DNA of 64,000 bases from an archaeon (lineage in GTDB: Archaea > Micrarchaeota > Micrarchaeia > Norongarragalinales > UBA97). Positions 36,154 through 45,372 of the stretch are shown here, piece by piece (position 1 is the stretch's first letter; each line of letters starts with the position of its first letter). A program made the translations under genes and the position numbers. The notes under the pieces were generated by a model. The model worked only from the letters and a program-made list of their open reading frames with translations. It was not told the DNA's origin and searched no databases. Where the stretch lies: assembly GCA_020057405.1 (NCBI GenBank), contig JAGVFW010000008.1, forward strand, positions 1 to 64,000, read 5' to 3'.

Positions 36154-38225
36154 CGGTGGATGCGGCCGTTGGCGATTGAAACGAGCCTATCTTGGAAGGC
36201 GGGGTTGAAAAGGTGGCCGCGCGCCTGGGACATGAGTCTTTCCTTGGCAGCGTAGAAGTTCGAGTAGTGGCTCATGTGATCGTGGTTGGGAATGGACTTG
36301 TCGCTGTGCGCGTACTCGTGCACCACTAGTTCGGTAAGTGCGTTTAGGTGTTCGTGGGTGAAGCGGCCTGCCTTGATGTCGGTGAGGGTGCGCCTGATGA
36401 GCGGGTCGCGGAGGTTGAGTGCCACCCAAGAAGAGGCGAGTGGCAAATGGGCTGAGCCGAGATTGTGCGCTGATTCCTTTCCGCCAAGCACGAGCCCAAC
36501 GCCAATGTTTTGGGCGTCACTGTGTGCCGCAAGCTCGCGCGAAATCTCCGAAGCAACTCGGACTAGCCTAGCGCGCGGGTGGTTCGAACCAAAAGCCTGG
36601 CGAACGGCGTTTTCTGCCTGGAATAGCGGGTATGAAACTTGGGAGGAGAGCTGGGTTGCAAAGCCGCCAACCGCTTTTGCAGCTTCCCTCAAGCGCCCTT
36701 CGTCTTCCTCTTTTTGCTCGGGCTTTAGCAATTCGGCGTAGTCGGCGTGCACGTTGAGGCCTTCCTCGAGCTCTTCTGACTCAAGTGATTTTGATAGGAA
36801 CAAGCGACCTGCCCCGAATTCTCGTCGCGCGGTGTTGAGGCTGATTTTCGTTTTCTGTTGCTTTCCGTTCTCTACGCTCACTGCCGGAATGACTTTCTTG
36901 TTGGCAATCGAAGGTGTGAAAAGCCCGCCAAGCGAGAATCCGAGCCTTCGTTTGGTGACTGACACGCCCTTCTTTTCACGCGAGGCGAGCCTTTTGGCAA
37001 TAGTGTTTTTGATGCCGTACACAACCGGTATTGCGCTAATCGCGCCTAGGGCATAAGCGCCATACTGTACGCCGTGCTCTGCAATGTCGGGCAGGTTGAG
37101 CTTGCTTGCGCCGTAGGCAAGCGCGGCTGCAGCTGCAACCTTTGCCGTCCTCCCGCCTAGCTTCTTCCAGTCGAACCTTGCCGACTGCAATAGTGCGAGC
37201 TCGCGCGGCGTCAGCGTTTCGCTTTTAAGAAGCAAATTCAGGTAGTTTTTCCTAAGCTTTGGCAGTTTGGCCATGACTGCCTCGTGGACTTCCTGTGGCA
37301 CAGTGTCGCGCCCGCGGGTTAGGAGCACTTCAGTCGGAAGTTCGGCAACAAATTTGATGCCATTCGTCGGTTTCTCCCCCTGCACACTGGTAATTGCCAG
37401 GCCCGATTGAGTGAAGTTCAGCTCGCCTGACTGTGTGTGGTGGTAGGCTTGGGCAAAAATGTTTATTGGCCCGATAGGCGTGGCAACCGGTCCAAGCTGC
37501 GCGTAACCTTCGCGCGAGTTCAGCACCGCTTGCTTGCTTTTATACTTGCTCACAATCTGGTACTGCGTTGGGTCGACGAAATTCGCATAGTCTATGATGC
37601 TGTAGGTTGGAGCATAGTTGATCCGGATTCCGCGCGCCTCGACCGAAGTGCCCTGCAGGGGCTTTTTCAGCTTGGAGAATTCTGCAAAATACTCGCCGCC
37701 TTCCTTGAAGATACGCACGGCATTGTCGCGGGAATTCACTACGACTTCTTTAGAAATTCCTGCAATTGCCTTGAATCCCTGGCCGTGGCCGCCAACGCTG
37801 CCCTTCACCTTGCTTGTTGCGCCAACGGTCAGCAAGTAGCGGATGATTCCCTCGGTGTCTAGCCCGCCCGCTTTATCACTTAGTACGAAGTTGCGCGTGC
37901 CGTCCCGGTTTTCTTTCTGTTCCACCTCGATAATTCCCGGGCCCTCCAATTCCCCGCGTTGTCGCATTGCCAAGTATGCATCCATCGAGTTTTGCACCAA
38001 CTCCTGAAACGAACGGGCGCCCTGTGAATGCTGGAGCTCTGCTGCCTGGAGGAATTCCTTTTCCGCAAGAGCCTCGTCAACCTTTTGAGCTGCCGAGTGG
38101 ATTAGCTCGTCCGCCTTTTGCTGCGAGCCTCTGCGGATTGCCTCGACAAGCCCATCCATCATCGGGCTTTGTCGGCCTTTGGCGTGGAAATACGACAGAT
38201 ACTTCACGGGTACTCTTACGGCCAT
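36150..38225 (-). CDS. GHKL (Hsp90/MORC-like) ATPase with central hydrophobic hairpin and C-terminal HExxH motif
   Basis: ELVQNSMDA, SDKAGGL, VGGHGQGF, QGTSV, LLTRGRD; ALNLRDPLI; VVHEYAH...H..H.SNFY. Confidence 0.85.
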   Translation of the reverse strand: MAVRVPVKYLSYFHAKGRQSPMMDGLVEAIRRGSQQKADELIHSAAQKVDEALAEKEFLQAAELQHSQGARSFQELVQNSMDAYLAMRQRGELEGPGIIEVEQKENRDGTRNFVLSDKAGGLDTEGIIRYLLTVGATSKVKGSVGGHGQGFKAIAGISKEVVVNSRDNAVRIFKEGGEYFAEFSKLKKPLQGTSVEARGIRINYAPTYSIIDYANFVDPTQYQIVSKYKSKQAVLNSREGYAQLGPVATPIGPINIFAQAYHHTQSGELNFTQSGLAITSVQGEKPTNGIKFVAELPTEVLLTRGRDTVPQEVHEAVMAKLPKLRKNYLNLLLKSETLTPRELALLQSARFDWKKLGGRTAKVAAAAALAYGASKLNLPDIAEHGVQYGAYALGAISAIPVVYGIKNTIAKRLASREKKGVSVTKRRLGFSLGGLFTPSIANKKVIPAVSVENGKQQKTKISLNTARREFGAGRLFLSKSLESEELEEGLNVHADYAELLKPEQKEEDEGRLREAAKAVGGFATQLSSQVSYPLFQAENAVRQAFGSNHPRARLVRVASEISRELAAHSDAQNIGVGLVLGGKESAHNLGSAHLPLASSWVALNLRDPLIRRTLTDIKAGRFTHEHLNALTELVVHEYAHSDKSIPNHDHMSHYSNFYAAKERLMSQARGHLFNPAFQDRLVSIANGRIHR

Positions 38226-38232
38226 AGTCAAT

Positions 38233-39954
38233 TCATCTCTCAACAAGCTTGAAAATCAATTTTTGTTCCGCAGCGTCGTGACCGTAAAGTGCAATGGCAA
38301 GACAACGCTTGGCCCAAGCGCGGTCCTGCTGGGTAGCGCCCGTGAGTGCAGGGTGGTTGACGTTGACATAAAGGCCAGGCGCGACTGTCTTTTCAGCAGC
38401 AGAAGATACCTCCGATTTCTGAACAAAAAGAAATGGCGAATGATTCTGTGGCGACAAGCTTACTCGATGCACGATTAGCTCCTCTTCAGATTCGTCCTCT
38501 GGCTCTTCTTCAAAACCCATGGCTTTTTTCTCGGCGGCTGGCAGCTTGGAGAAAGGAAATGGCTTTGATGCCCGCCTTTCCTCAAGAAATGCGCCTAAAT
38601 GGACGGCCGCCTTGTTTTCAAGCGTTCCAGAATTGAACGGCGAGAAGAATTGGTGGTACGCGCCTTCGCCGTAGAAATTCGCGTCGGCGGTTATGAAGTG
38701 AGTTGCATCCAAGTGTCTTTCGTCGCTTACTACGAGTCGCTTTTGAGGGTCAAGTTTGGGCTCATAAGGCTTTCGAAGGCCATTGGCGTATTCAATGATT
38801 TTATCCGTTTTCGCAAGTGCGCCAAAAGATTGCTTGTATTTGAAGCCAAGTTGGGTAAATCCGCCAAGCATCGCGCGCTTGAAGTCCTTAAAGTCGAGCG
38901 CCGCGCGTCCAGTCTTCCGTTCCCCTTCCATTTCCTGCACGTAATCCCATAACTTTGAGAAGACTATCGCTTCTGCCTGCTTCAGTTCGGGCGTTTCGCG
39001 AAAGTCGCGTCGGTTTTCCCCAACTTGGAATGAGGCGGGCATGTGCACGACTGTTCGGAACGGTTTCGCGCCGTAATTGTAAGGCATCTTGTTAAGCAAA
39101 ATGCCGCCCGAAGTGATTGGCAAGTACCGGCCAGTATTCATCCGCGAGCCGAAGTCGAGGTCAACTACTATCTTCTCGTCGCCAAACGGGATTTCGTACT
39201 TTCGAGCGTAACGCGATAGCCTAGGCGGACGGTTGAGTTGCCTGCCGTTAAGCTCGATTACAGCGTGCTTTGGGCTCACGTGCTGCAGGTATTCGGATAG
39301 CTCTCGTGAAATTTCCTTAACCTGCCTCTTTGACAGTTCTCCGCTGATTTCGACGCGCGTTCCCGGAGCTGCAGAAGTCTTCTCGAATGCTGCCATGACG
39401 TCGTTGCCGGTTGGAGAGTTATCCGATGGCTTGAGGCTGAATTCAGCTGCAGTCGCGTGGCCGCCTGAGTTGCTCTCCACCCGCACTGCACGGGCGGTGC
39501 CAGATGTGAGAAATGAGAGATTTGAAAGAAAGCCAAGGCCGAAACGGCCAATTTGCTTTGAGGCTACGCCCGTCTCAGCCCTTGCTTTTCCGGAGTAGTA
39601 CGGCACCGACAGGTTCTGCATCATCGAGTCAAGCGTCATGCCCCCGCCGTTATCCCTAACGACAACGCCGTTTCTGCCAACTGTGATGCTCACCTTGCCC
39701 CCGCCTTTCTCGCGCGTCGCGTCAACAGCGTTTGAAGCGAGCTCGACAACAGAGCGCGGGAGCTCAAACTGGCTGTTGACAAGGTCAAGAAACTTTCCGC
39801 GCACGAAGTGCTCGTCAAAAGACACTTGGTGGGAAGGCACTTCGCCGCTTCCGTGCACCGCCTTGACAACGCTCTTTCTTAGCTCGGCAAAATGCGCCTT
39901 GTCATACTGGGCAATGCCGAAAAGGCGGTGAGCCGGGATTTCGAAACGAGCCAC
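38233..39954 (-). CDS. GHKL (Hsp90/MORC-like) ATPase
   Basis: ELASNAVDA, RDNGGGM, IGRFGLGF, PGTRV, ENRRDF; HtpG-like LYVNVNHPAL near the C-terminus. Confidence 0.88.
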   Translation of the reverse strand: MARFEIPAHRLFGIAQYDKAHFAELRKSVVKAVHGSGEVPSHQVSFDEHFVRGKFLDLVNSQFELPRSVVELASNAVDATREKGGGKVSITVGRNGVVVRDNGGGMTLDSMMQNLSVPYYSGKARAETGVASKQIGRFGLGFLSNLSFLTSGTARAVRVESNSGGHATAAEFSLKPSDNSPTGNDVMAAFEKTSAAPGTRVEISGELSKRQVKEISRELSEYLQHVSPKHAVIELNGRQLNRPPRLSRYARKYEIPFGDEKIVVDLDFGSRMNTGRYLPITSGGILLNKMPYNYGAKPFRTVVHMPASFQVGENRRDFRETPELKQAEAIVFSKLWDYVQEMEGERKTGRAALDFKDFKRAMLGGFTQLGFKYKQSFGALAKTDKIIEYANGLRKPYEPKLDPQKRLVVSDERHLDATHFITADANFYGEGAYHQFFSPFNSGTLENKAAVHLGAFLEERRASKPFPFSKLPAAEKKAMGFEEEPEDESEEELIVHRVSLSPQNHSPFLFVQKSEVSSAAEKTVAPGLYVNVNHPALTGATQQDRAWAKRCLAIALYGHDAAEQKLIFKLVER

Positions 39955-39993
39955 GCTAGAATTCCGCCGAGGAGATTAAAAAAGAGCTTGCCG

Positions 39994-41148
39994 CTATCGG
40001 CCCAGCTTCTTGCGCCAGTCGCTTATTGGAATGTTGTAGGCATAGTCTGCAAACATGTAGGTCTTGCCGAAGTTGGCAAAAACCTCTTCGGGAATGTTTG
40101 AGTTTCGGATGTCCTGCACGGCTTTCCACTGGCCCGCGTCCTTGAGCTTTTTCAAGGATTGCTTGAGCCGCGTGAGGTAAAGCCTCGCGTCGTCCGAGCC
40201 TGCAGTGCGGATGTCATCATCAATCCGCACGAAAGAAGGGTCGTCGCCGTAGCGCGAAGCGGCGTGGACGACGACCAAAGGGTGGTAATTCAAGGGCTTT
40301 GCTGCCTTTTCGACCGGAATGAAAGCGTCTACCGGAATTTTCTTCGAGCCGTACATTCCCTGCAGGTAGTGCAGGAACATCCAAATGTTGTAGTGATCGA
40401 ACTTGTGCTCAACGCGATACCACTCTGAACCGGCTATCGCGTCCTTGAAATTCGCAATCGCTTCCGATTTCACGCGCGTTTCGGTTTTTCGCACAGCAAC
40501 GGCAGTCCGGCCGGATTCGCCACTCTTGATTGAACTTACGTACGAGCTCAAGCCCAAATAACCGGCTACTGCTGCTAAGGCAATGCCTCCAGCTGCGGAT
40601 AACCGCTTTGTGCGAGCCGCGGCTAGTCGTTGGCGAGAAGCGGCCTCTTCGGGACTTAACCGCTCGGCGTTCGGCTTGACTATGCTGAACTCGTTCCGGG
40701 ATGCCGTTTTCAAGTAATTGGCAGTTGCCTTTGGAGCGACAACCAGGTGCACTACCTGCGTGTTGCCCTCCATCTCGAGTCTTTTGAGCAAAACTGGTTC
40801 CTTCATCCTTAGGACAGCAAGTTCCTTGGAGTCCCGCAGCACATTACCCCAGTGGCGTGACAGGCCGGCATCGTCGTAAACGTCTGCATCGCCTTGGCGA
40901 ATCTTGACAGCCGCAACGCGCATCCGCATCTCCTTTGCCTGAAGCTGATTTAACGCCTTGATGCGCTCAGCGCTAAATCCCTTGAGTCTGGAAGTCTCAA
41001 GTCGTCTTGCCTCAGTCGTCCGGTCATTCGTAACATCACTTGGAATCAACGCATTAACAGAAGTCTCGTGGAGCTTGTGTGCTTTAGGATTCAGACGCTC
41101 AACTAGAGCACCAGCGAATACCTTTGCTCCGGCGTAAACGGCTTTCAC
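39994..41148 (-). CDS. Orphan protein with central TM helix
   Basis: Basic N-half; TM segment LSAAGGIALAAVAGYLGLSSYV; GTG start. Confidence 0.7.
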   Translation of the reverse strand: MKAVYAGAKVFAGALVERLNPKAHKLHETSVNALIPSDVTNDRTTEARRLETSRLKGFSAERIKALNQLQAKEMRMRVAAVKIRQGDADVYDDAGLSRHWGNVLRDSKELAVLRMKEPVLLKRLEMEGNTQVVHLVVAPKATANYLKTASRNEFSIVKPNAERLSPEEAASRQRLAAARTKRLSAAGGIALAAVAGYLGLSSYVSSIKSGESGRTAVAVRKTETRVKSEAIANFKDAIAGSEWYRVEHKFDHYNIWMFLHYLQGMYGSKKIPVDAFIPVEKAAKPLNYHPLVVVHAASRYGDDPSFVRIDDDIRTAGSDDARLYLTRLKQSLKKLKDAGQWKAVQDIRNSNIPEEVFANFGKTYMFADYAYNIPISDWRKKLGR

Positions 41149-41266
41149 GAAAAAGTTGTTTTTTCTGACCTTATTAATCGTTCGGATGGTTAAGACCGCA
41201 AGCCGAATGGCCGGGCGGGTAGTGTTTTAAACGCCCGACTGCCTAAGCTAGCTTTGGTGGTCTACA

Positions 41267-41872
41267 ATGTTCGAGTTACCTAAATTGCCTTATGCATACA
41301 ACGCCCTTGAACCATTCATCGACGAGTTGACTATGACTATTCACCACACCAAGCACCACGCAGCTTACGTTGACAACGCGAACAAGGCGCTTTCGGGAAC
41401 GCCGTTTGGGGGCGCGCCAGTTGCCGATGTGGTAATGTCCCTCGATAGCGTTCCAGACGCGGTTAGGACCGCTGTTCGAAACAACGCTGGCGGGCACCTT
41501 AACCACTCGCTCTTCTGGCAGATGATGGGCCCCGGAAAGGGCGGCTCCCCGGGCGGCGAGCTTGAAGAAGCGATTTCAAAGAAGTTCGGCGGCTTTGACA
41601 AGTTCACTGAGCAGATGAATGCCGCTGGCGTCGGAAGATTTGGTTCGGGGTGGGCTTGGCTGGTTTTGAACAAAGGCGAATTGGAAATAATGTCAACACC
41701 AAACCAGGACAACCCGATTACCGAAGGTAAGCAGCCGATTCTGGGAATCGACGTGTGGGAGCATAGTTATTACCTCAAGTGGAAATCCAATCGAGCCGAA
41801 TATCTCAAAAATTGGTGGAATGTAGCGAATTGGGATTTTATGAAAGAGACCTATGTAAGGCTGATTGGCTGA
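41267..41872 (+). CDS. sod: Fe/Mn superoxide dismutase
   Basis: [44 protein letters not shown]. Confidence 0.97.
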   Translation: MFELPKLPYAYNALEPFIDELTMTIHHTKHHAAYVDNANKALSGTPFGGAPVADVVMSLDSVPDAVRTAVRNNAGGHLNHSLFWQMMGPGKGGSPGGELEEAISKKFGGFDKFTEQMNAAGVGRFGSGWAWLVLNKGELEIMSTPNQDNPITEGKQPILGIDVWEHSYYLKWKSNRAEYLKNWWNVANWDFMKETYVRLIG

Positions 41873-42705
41873 GTTGACTTTTTTAAATTCAGCCAATTTT
41901 CAACAAAACTCGCTTTTTCCGGCTTAAGTTTGGTGGTCGGTATGCTTTCCAAGAATCGACGCACAAAATCTTTTTTATATATTCTTAGATGATAGGACTC
42001 TTTTCTGGGCGACCCGTCTTTAGACATGTACGCCTTTTGAATAGAATATTTCGCGTCGATATCGAGATGTTCCTTGAGCAGAATACGGACTAATTCTAGA
42101 TATGAATAATTCGTGTTGCAAAGGTCAGGACATATTTTCGGAGTTTTCCTGACTTTTTCTTTGATGATTTTTATGCACCCTTCCGCATCAAAAAAGCCCC
42201 CTATGAACTCAAGAGAATTTGCTCTAAAGTCTCCATCGGCCATAAGCAACTTTAGTTTCTCTAGGTCGCGTCTGATTTCTTTAAACAAGAAAAACAATTC
42301 GGCATTTCCAACGACAACAAACCAGACGTGCCTGCTGCGATTGATGTAACCTTTTACTTTCCTTCCAATGCATACCGATAGCTTCTGGGCGTATTTGTCG
42401 ATGAACTCTTTTTCTCCAACCACGCCTACAATATGCCGGTCTGTTTTCCAAGAATATACGTAACCATCACCGAGCAAAGCACCCAGTACATAGAAAAGTT
42501 CCTTGCAGAATCTTATTCTCCTCTTTCTAAAGGGAGAACTGCTTCCTAAAATCCAGCAATAAACCGTGCCTGAAGGAATTCCGTACGTCTCACTAATTAG
42601 TCGCACTATCTGGACTCGTTCAACGCCTTTTGCCTGCAGTTCTTCTAAATGTCGAAACGCTTTCACTCTGACCGCCGAGGGTATTCTGTTCATCATCTCA
42701 CGCAA
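41851..42705 (-). mobile_element. Free-standing double-motif LAGLIDADG homing endonuclease with N-terminal HTH
   Basis: LFYVLGALLGDG and LEFIGGFFDAEG; N-terminal ISETYGIPSGTVYCW; markedly AT-rich; no intein or intron context; overlaps the sod stop. Confidence 0.9.
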
Positions 42706-42817
42706 ACACTAGAGAAACAACAACTGAAAAATTGCTTTTAAGCCGACTTAGAGCGGGTTGCCGGCCTTGCCGGAGTTAAACCCAGCGAATTTATTCGCCC
42801 AGCGAGTAGCTTAATTT

Positions 42818-43321
42818 GTGAAAACCGAGAAGGCTGCATTCGCGGCAGGATGCTTTTGGGGCGTGGAGCAGCTCTTTGACGGCGTGCGGGGAGTAGTCTC
42901 AACGCGCGCGGGCTACACGGGCGGGCACTTCGACAAGCCCACTTACGCGGATGTCTGCAGAGACGCGACGGGCCACGCCGAGGCAGTCGAGGTAGAGTAC
43001 GACCCGGCGAAAGTGAAGTTCGAGGAACTCTTGAAGCTGTTTTGGGAAATGCACGACCCCACGCAGGACGACGGCCAGGGGCCCGACATCGGCAGTCAAT
43101 ACCGCTCTGCGATTTTCTGCCACACTGATGCCCAGAGGAAAGCGGCGGAAAAATCTCTTGCTGAAGAGCAGAAGAAACACGAAGACAAGATTGTCACACA
43201 AATCGTGAAGGCAAAGGAATTCTGGCCTGCCGAAGGCTACCACCAGAAGTATTATTTGAGCCACGCGGTCGCGTGCCACTTGCCAGTAAGTGCCCTAAAG
43301 AAAATGGGACTGGCCAAGTAG
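42818..43321 (+). CDS. msrA: Peptide methionine sulfoxide reductase A
   Basis: GCFWG, GYTGG, TGHAEAV, HDPT, QYRSAIF, AEGYHQKY. Confidence 0.97.
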   Translation: MKTEKAAFAAGCFWGVEQLFDGVRGVVSTRAGYTGGHFDKPTYADVCRDATGHAEAVEVEYDPAKVKFEELLKLFWEMHDPTQDDGQGPDIGSQYRSAIFCHTDAQRKAAEKSLAEEQKKHEDKIVTQIVKAKEFWPAEGYHQKYYLSHAVACHLPVSALKKMGLAK

Positions 43322-43371
43322 CCGATTAGCGGAAGTCCAGTGTTTAAAATCTGGCGGGATGTATTGAGTCT

Positions 43372-43797
43372 ATGAAATTTCAGGACCTAGGCAAGGCCGC
43401 GGACAAGGAAATGGCGAAGGCCAAAATCAACCCCTACCGCTTCGGGTGGGCCGTCGTGCTGCTATTCCCCATCGTAGCCTTCCTAATCGACAGGGGCTTT
43501 TTGCTAAAGTCGCTCGGCATCTTAATCGCGTTTCCCATAGTGGAATATATTTCAAAGAGCATCGACAACTACGAGGGCCGCTACGGCAGGAAAAGCCTGC
43601 TGCACGTCGGCATCTACCTTGACCGCATCAACGCGTTTCCAGTCTTCGTCATGAAAGTCGTCGGCCTGTTTTTGCTCTCGACTTGGTTCTCCGACTTATT
43701 CGCCGCCTACCTGACAAGCTACTCGGGTGTAATCACGGCCTACTTGGTCATGGCCGCGGTCTTTCTCTACTACCGCACTACGGTAAACGGCAAGTGA
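43372..43797 (+). CDS. Membrane protein
   Basis: About 4 TM segments. Confidence 0.7.
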   Translation: MKFQDLGKAADKEMAKAKINPYRFGWAVVLLFPIVAFLIDRGFLLKSLGILIAFPIVEYISKSIDNYEGRYGRKSLLHVGIYLDRINAFPVFVMKVVGLFLLSTWFSDLFAAYLTSYSGVITAYLVMAAVFLYYRTTVNGK

Positions 43798-43827
43798 ATC
43801 CAAAAAAAGCAGTGCTCTGGGCCAAGG

Positions 43828-44691
43828 CTAGTCAAGCGGCTCTTCGTGCACGAGAACTTCCCGCACTTGCGGCACTGCCTTGATGACCGCGTACTTCACT
43901 GCGCCGGAAATCCGGTGCGCCCGCCTTAACGACATGCGTTCAGGAAACTGCAGGTGGACGTCAACGTAAATGCCACCGGAATAAGAGCGGGCGCGAAGCT
44001 TGTGGAAGCTTAGGACGCCGTTTTGGCTCATGATTGCCGTCCGGATTTTCGAAATAACTTCATCGTCGGGACCGCCGTCGGTAAGCTCACGGACCGAGTT
44101 GGAGCCAATCACGTAGACGATACGAATCATGAGGAGCGACACGATTACTGCCGCGATGGCGTCAAGGCGGTAAAGACCTAGGGACGAGCCGAAGAGGCCC
44201 AAGAGAACAACCGAGTTTTGGAGAATGTCCGAAGAGTAGTTGGCGGCTGTTGCCGAAAGGGCCGAACTACCGTACTCGCGAGCCTTTCGGGAGAGGTACC
44301 TTGACATCAAGACGTTGACGATAATGGTGCAAACGAGAACCGCCAAAACAAGCGGCGTGATTAGAAGCGGCCTTGACTCAAAATAGCGCTCGACTGCCTC
44401 AAACAAGATGAAAAAGGCCGTGAGGAAAATTAAAGTAAGCTGCGCGAGGCCCGAGAGGGCGCCGTACTTCTTGTGGCCGTAAAAGTGGTTGTGGTCGGGC
44501 GGCTCCTGCGCCTTTTTCACGCCAAAGTACGCAAGCAACCCTCCCGCCAAGTCGAAAATGGAGTCAACAAGGACTGCCAAAACGCCGAGGCTGCCAGTCC
44601 AGATGACTACGAGAAGCTTGCTTGAGATAAGAAAAACGTTTGCGACCAGCACCAGTTTGGCCGCGCCCTCCTCGCCGTCGAAAAAACCCAT
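43828..44691 (-). CDS. Cation diffusion facilitator (FieF-like) transporter
   Basis: DSIFD, PPDHNHFYGHKK, SD, HKLRAR, VDVH, VLVHEEP; TTTAAA box at 44715-44720. Confidence 0.93.
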   Translation of the reverse strand: MGFFDGEEGAAKLVLVANVFLISSKLLVVIWTGSLGVLAVLVDSIFDLAGGLLAYFGVKKAQEPPDHNHFYGHKKYGALSGLAQLTLIFLTAFFILFEAVERYFESRPLLITPLVLAVLVCTIIVNVLMSRYLSRKAREYGSSALSATAANYSSDILQNSVVLLGLFGSSLGLYRLDAIAAVIVSLLMIRIVYVIGSNSVRELTDGGPDDEVISKIRTAIMSQNGVLSFHKLRARSYSGGIYVDVHLQFPERMSLRRAHRISGAVKYAVIKAVPQVREVLVHEEPLD

Positions 44692-44750
44692 GCAGGAAAA
44701 ATACTCCGCTGGCATTTAAAGCAATCCGCCCGAAGGCGGATGAACTTAAG

Positions 44751-44811
44751 TCAGACCGTCCGTCAATCGTCACAGCCCCGTAACGGGCTCCGAGTGTTGC
44801 ATGATCATCAC
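44751..44811 (-). ncRNA. Box C/D sRNA (dual 2'-O-methylation guide for 16S rRNA)
   Basis: Minus strand reads C box GUGAUGA, guide UCAUGCAACACU, D' CGGA, short hairpin, C' GUGACGA, guide UUGACGGACGGU, D box CUGA. TATA-like CTTAAG at 44835-44840 upstream; cUUCGg hairpin at 44724-44741 downstream. Confidence 0.92.
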
Positions 44812-44868
44812 GGAAAGTATTGGGGTGGGGAAAGCTTAAGAGATGGGCGCAGGATGGTTTCCCGAAGG

Positions 44869-45372
44869 CTAGTTCATGGAACTGGAATTGAGCCGTGCCT
44901 GGTTTATCAGCTCTTGCAGCCCAAAAAAACTCACGAAAGCAAGTAGGTAAAAAGGAAGCGCAACCCACGCGCCAAGGTGCTGGATGCCTGACTCAGTCGT
45001 CATGCTTAGGAAAGTTGCGGTAAAACCAAGTACGATAATTGTTTCAGGAAACGTGAGAATCAGAAGCGCGGCGCCGTCGCTCAGGCGGTTATTGCGCGAG
45101 AGGTCGTTTTTGATAAAGTATTTCGACAAGCGCGGGAAAACTAAAATCAAGGCAACCGATAAGCCGAGGAAAACCAAATAGAAACCGGGAAACGCGTCAA
45201 GCGAATAGCTCGGGGCTGCGGTGGACGGTTCGAAAGATTTGCCCAAAAACCACAGGACAAAAGCCAGCACGCCTGCAGAACCGAAAAAGGCTAGTTTTGC
45301 CAGCGCAGTTCCGTCAATCCCGCCCGGCCTGCCTTCAGAAACCAACGCGTCCCGCCACCTCAAATTAGTCAA
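44869..45372 (-). CDS. Membrane protein
   Basis: About 4 TM segments; overlaps the upstream stop. Confidence 0.7.
   Translation of the reverse strand: MTNLRWRDALVSEGRPGGIDGTALAKLAFFGSAGVLAFVLWFLGKSFEPSTAAPSYSLDAFPGFYLVFLGLSVALILVFPRLSKYFIKNDLSRNNRLSDGAALLILTFPETIIVLGFTATFLSMTTESGIQHLGAWVALPFYLLAFVSFFGLQELINQARLNSSSMN

Noticed and set aside
36150-39954. Topoisomerase VI B, MutL or canonical HtpG
   Set aside because: Only the GHKL core matches; family-specific motifs and partner genes are absent.
44740-44946. 68-aa and 134-aa ORFs across the sRNA region
   Set aside because: No protein features; the region is better explained by the C/D sRNA and its promoter.
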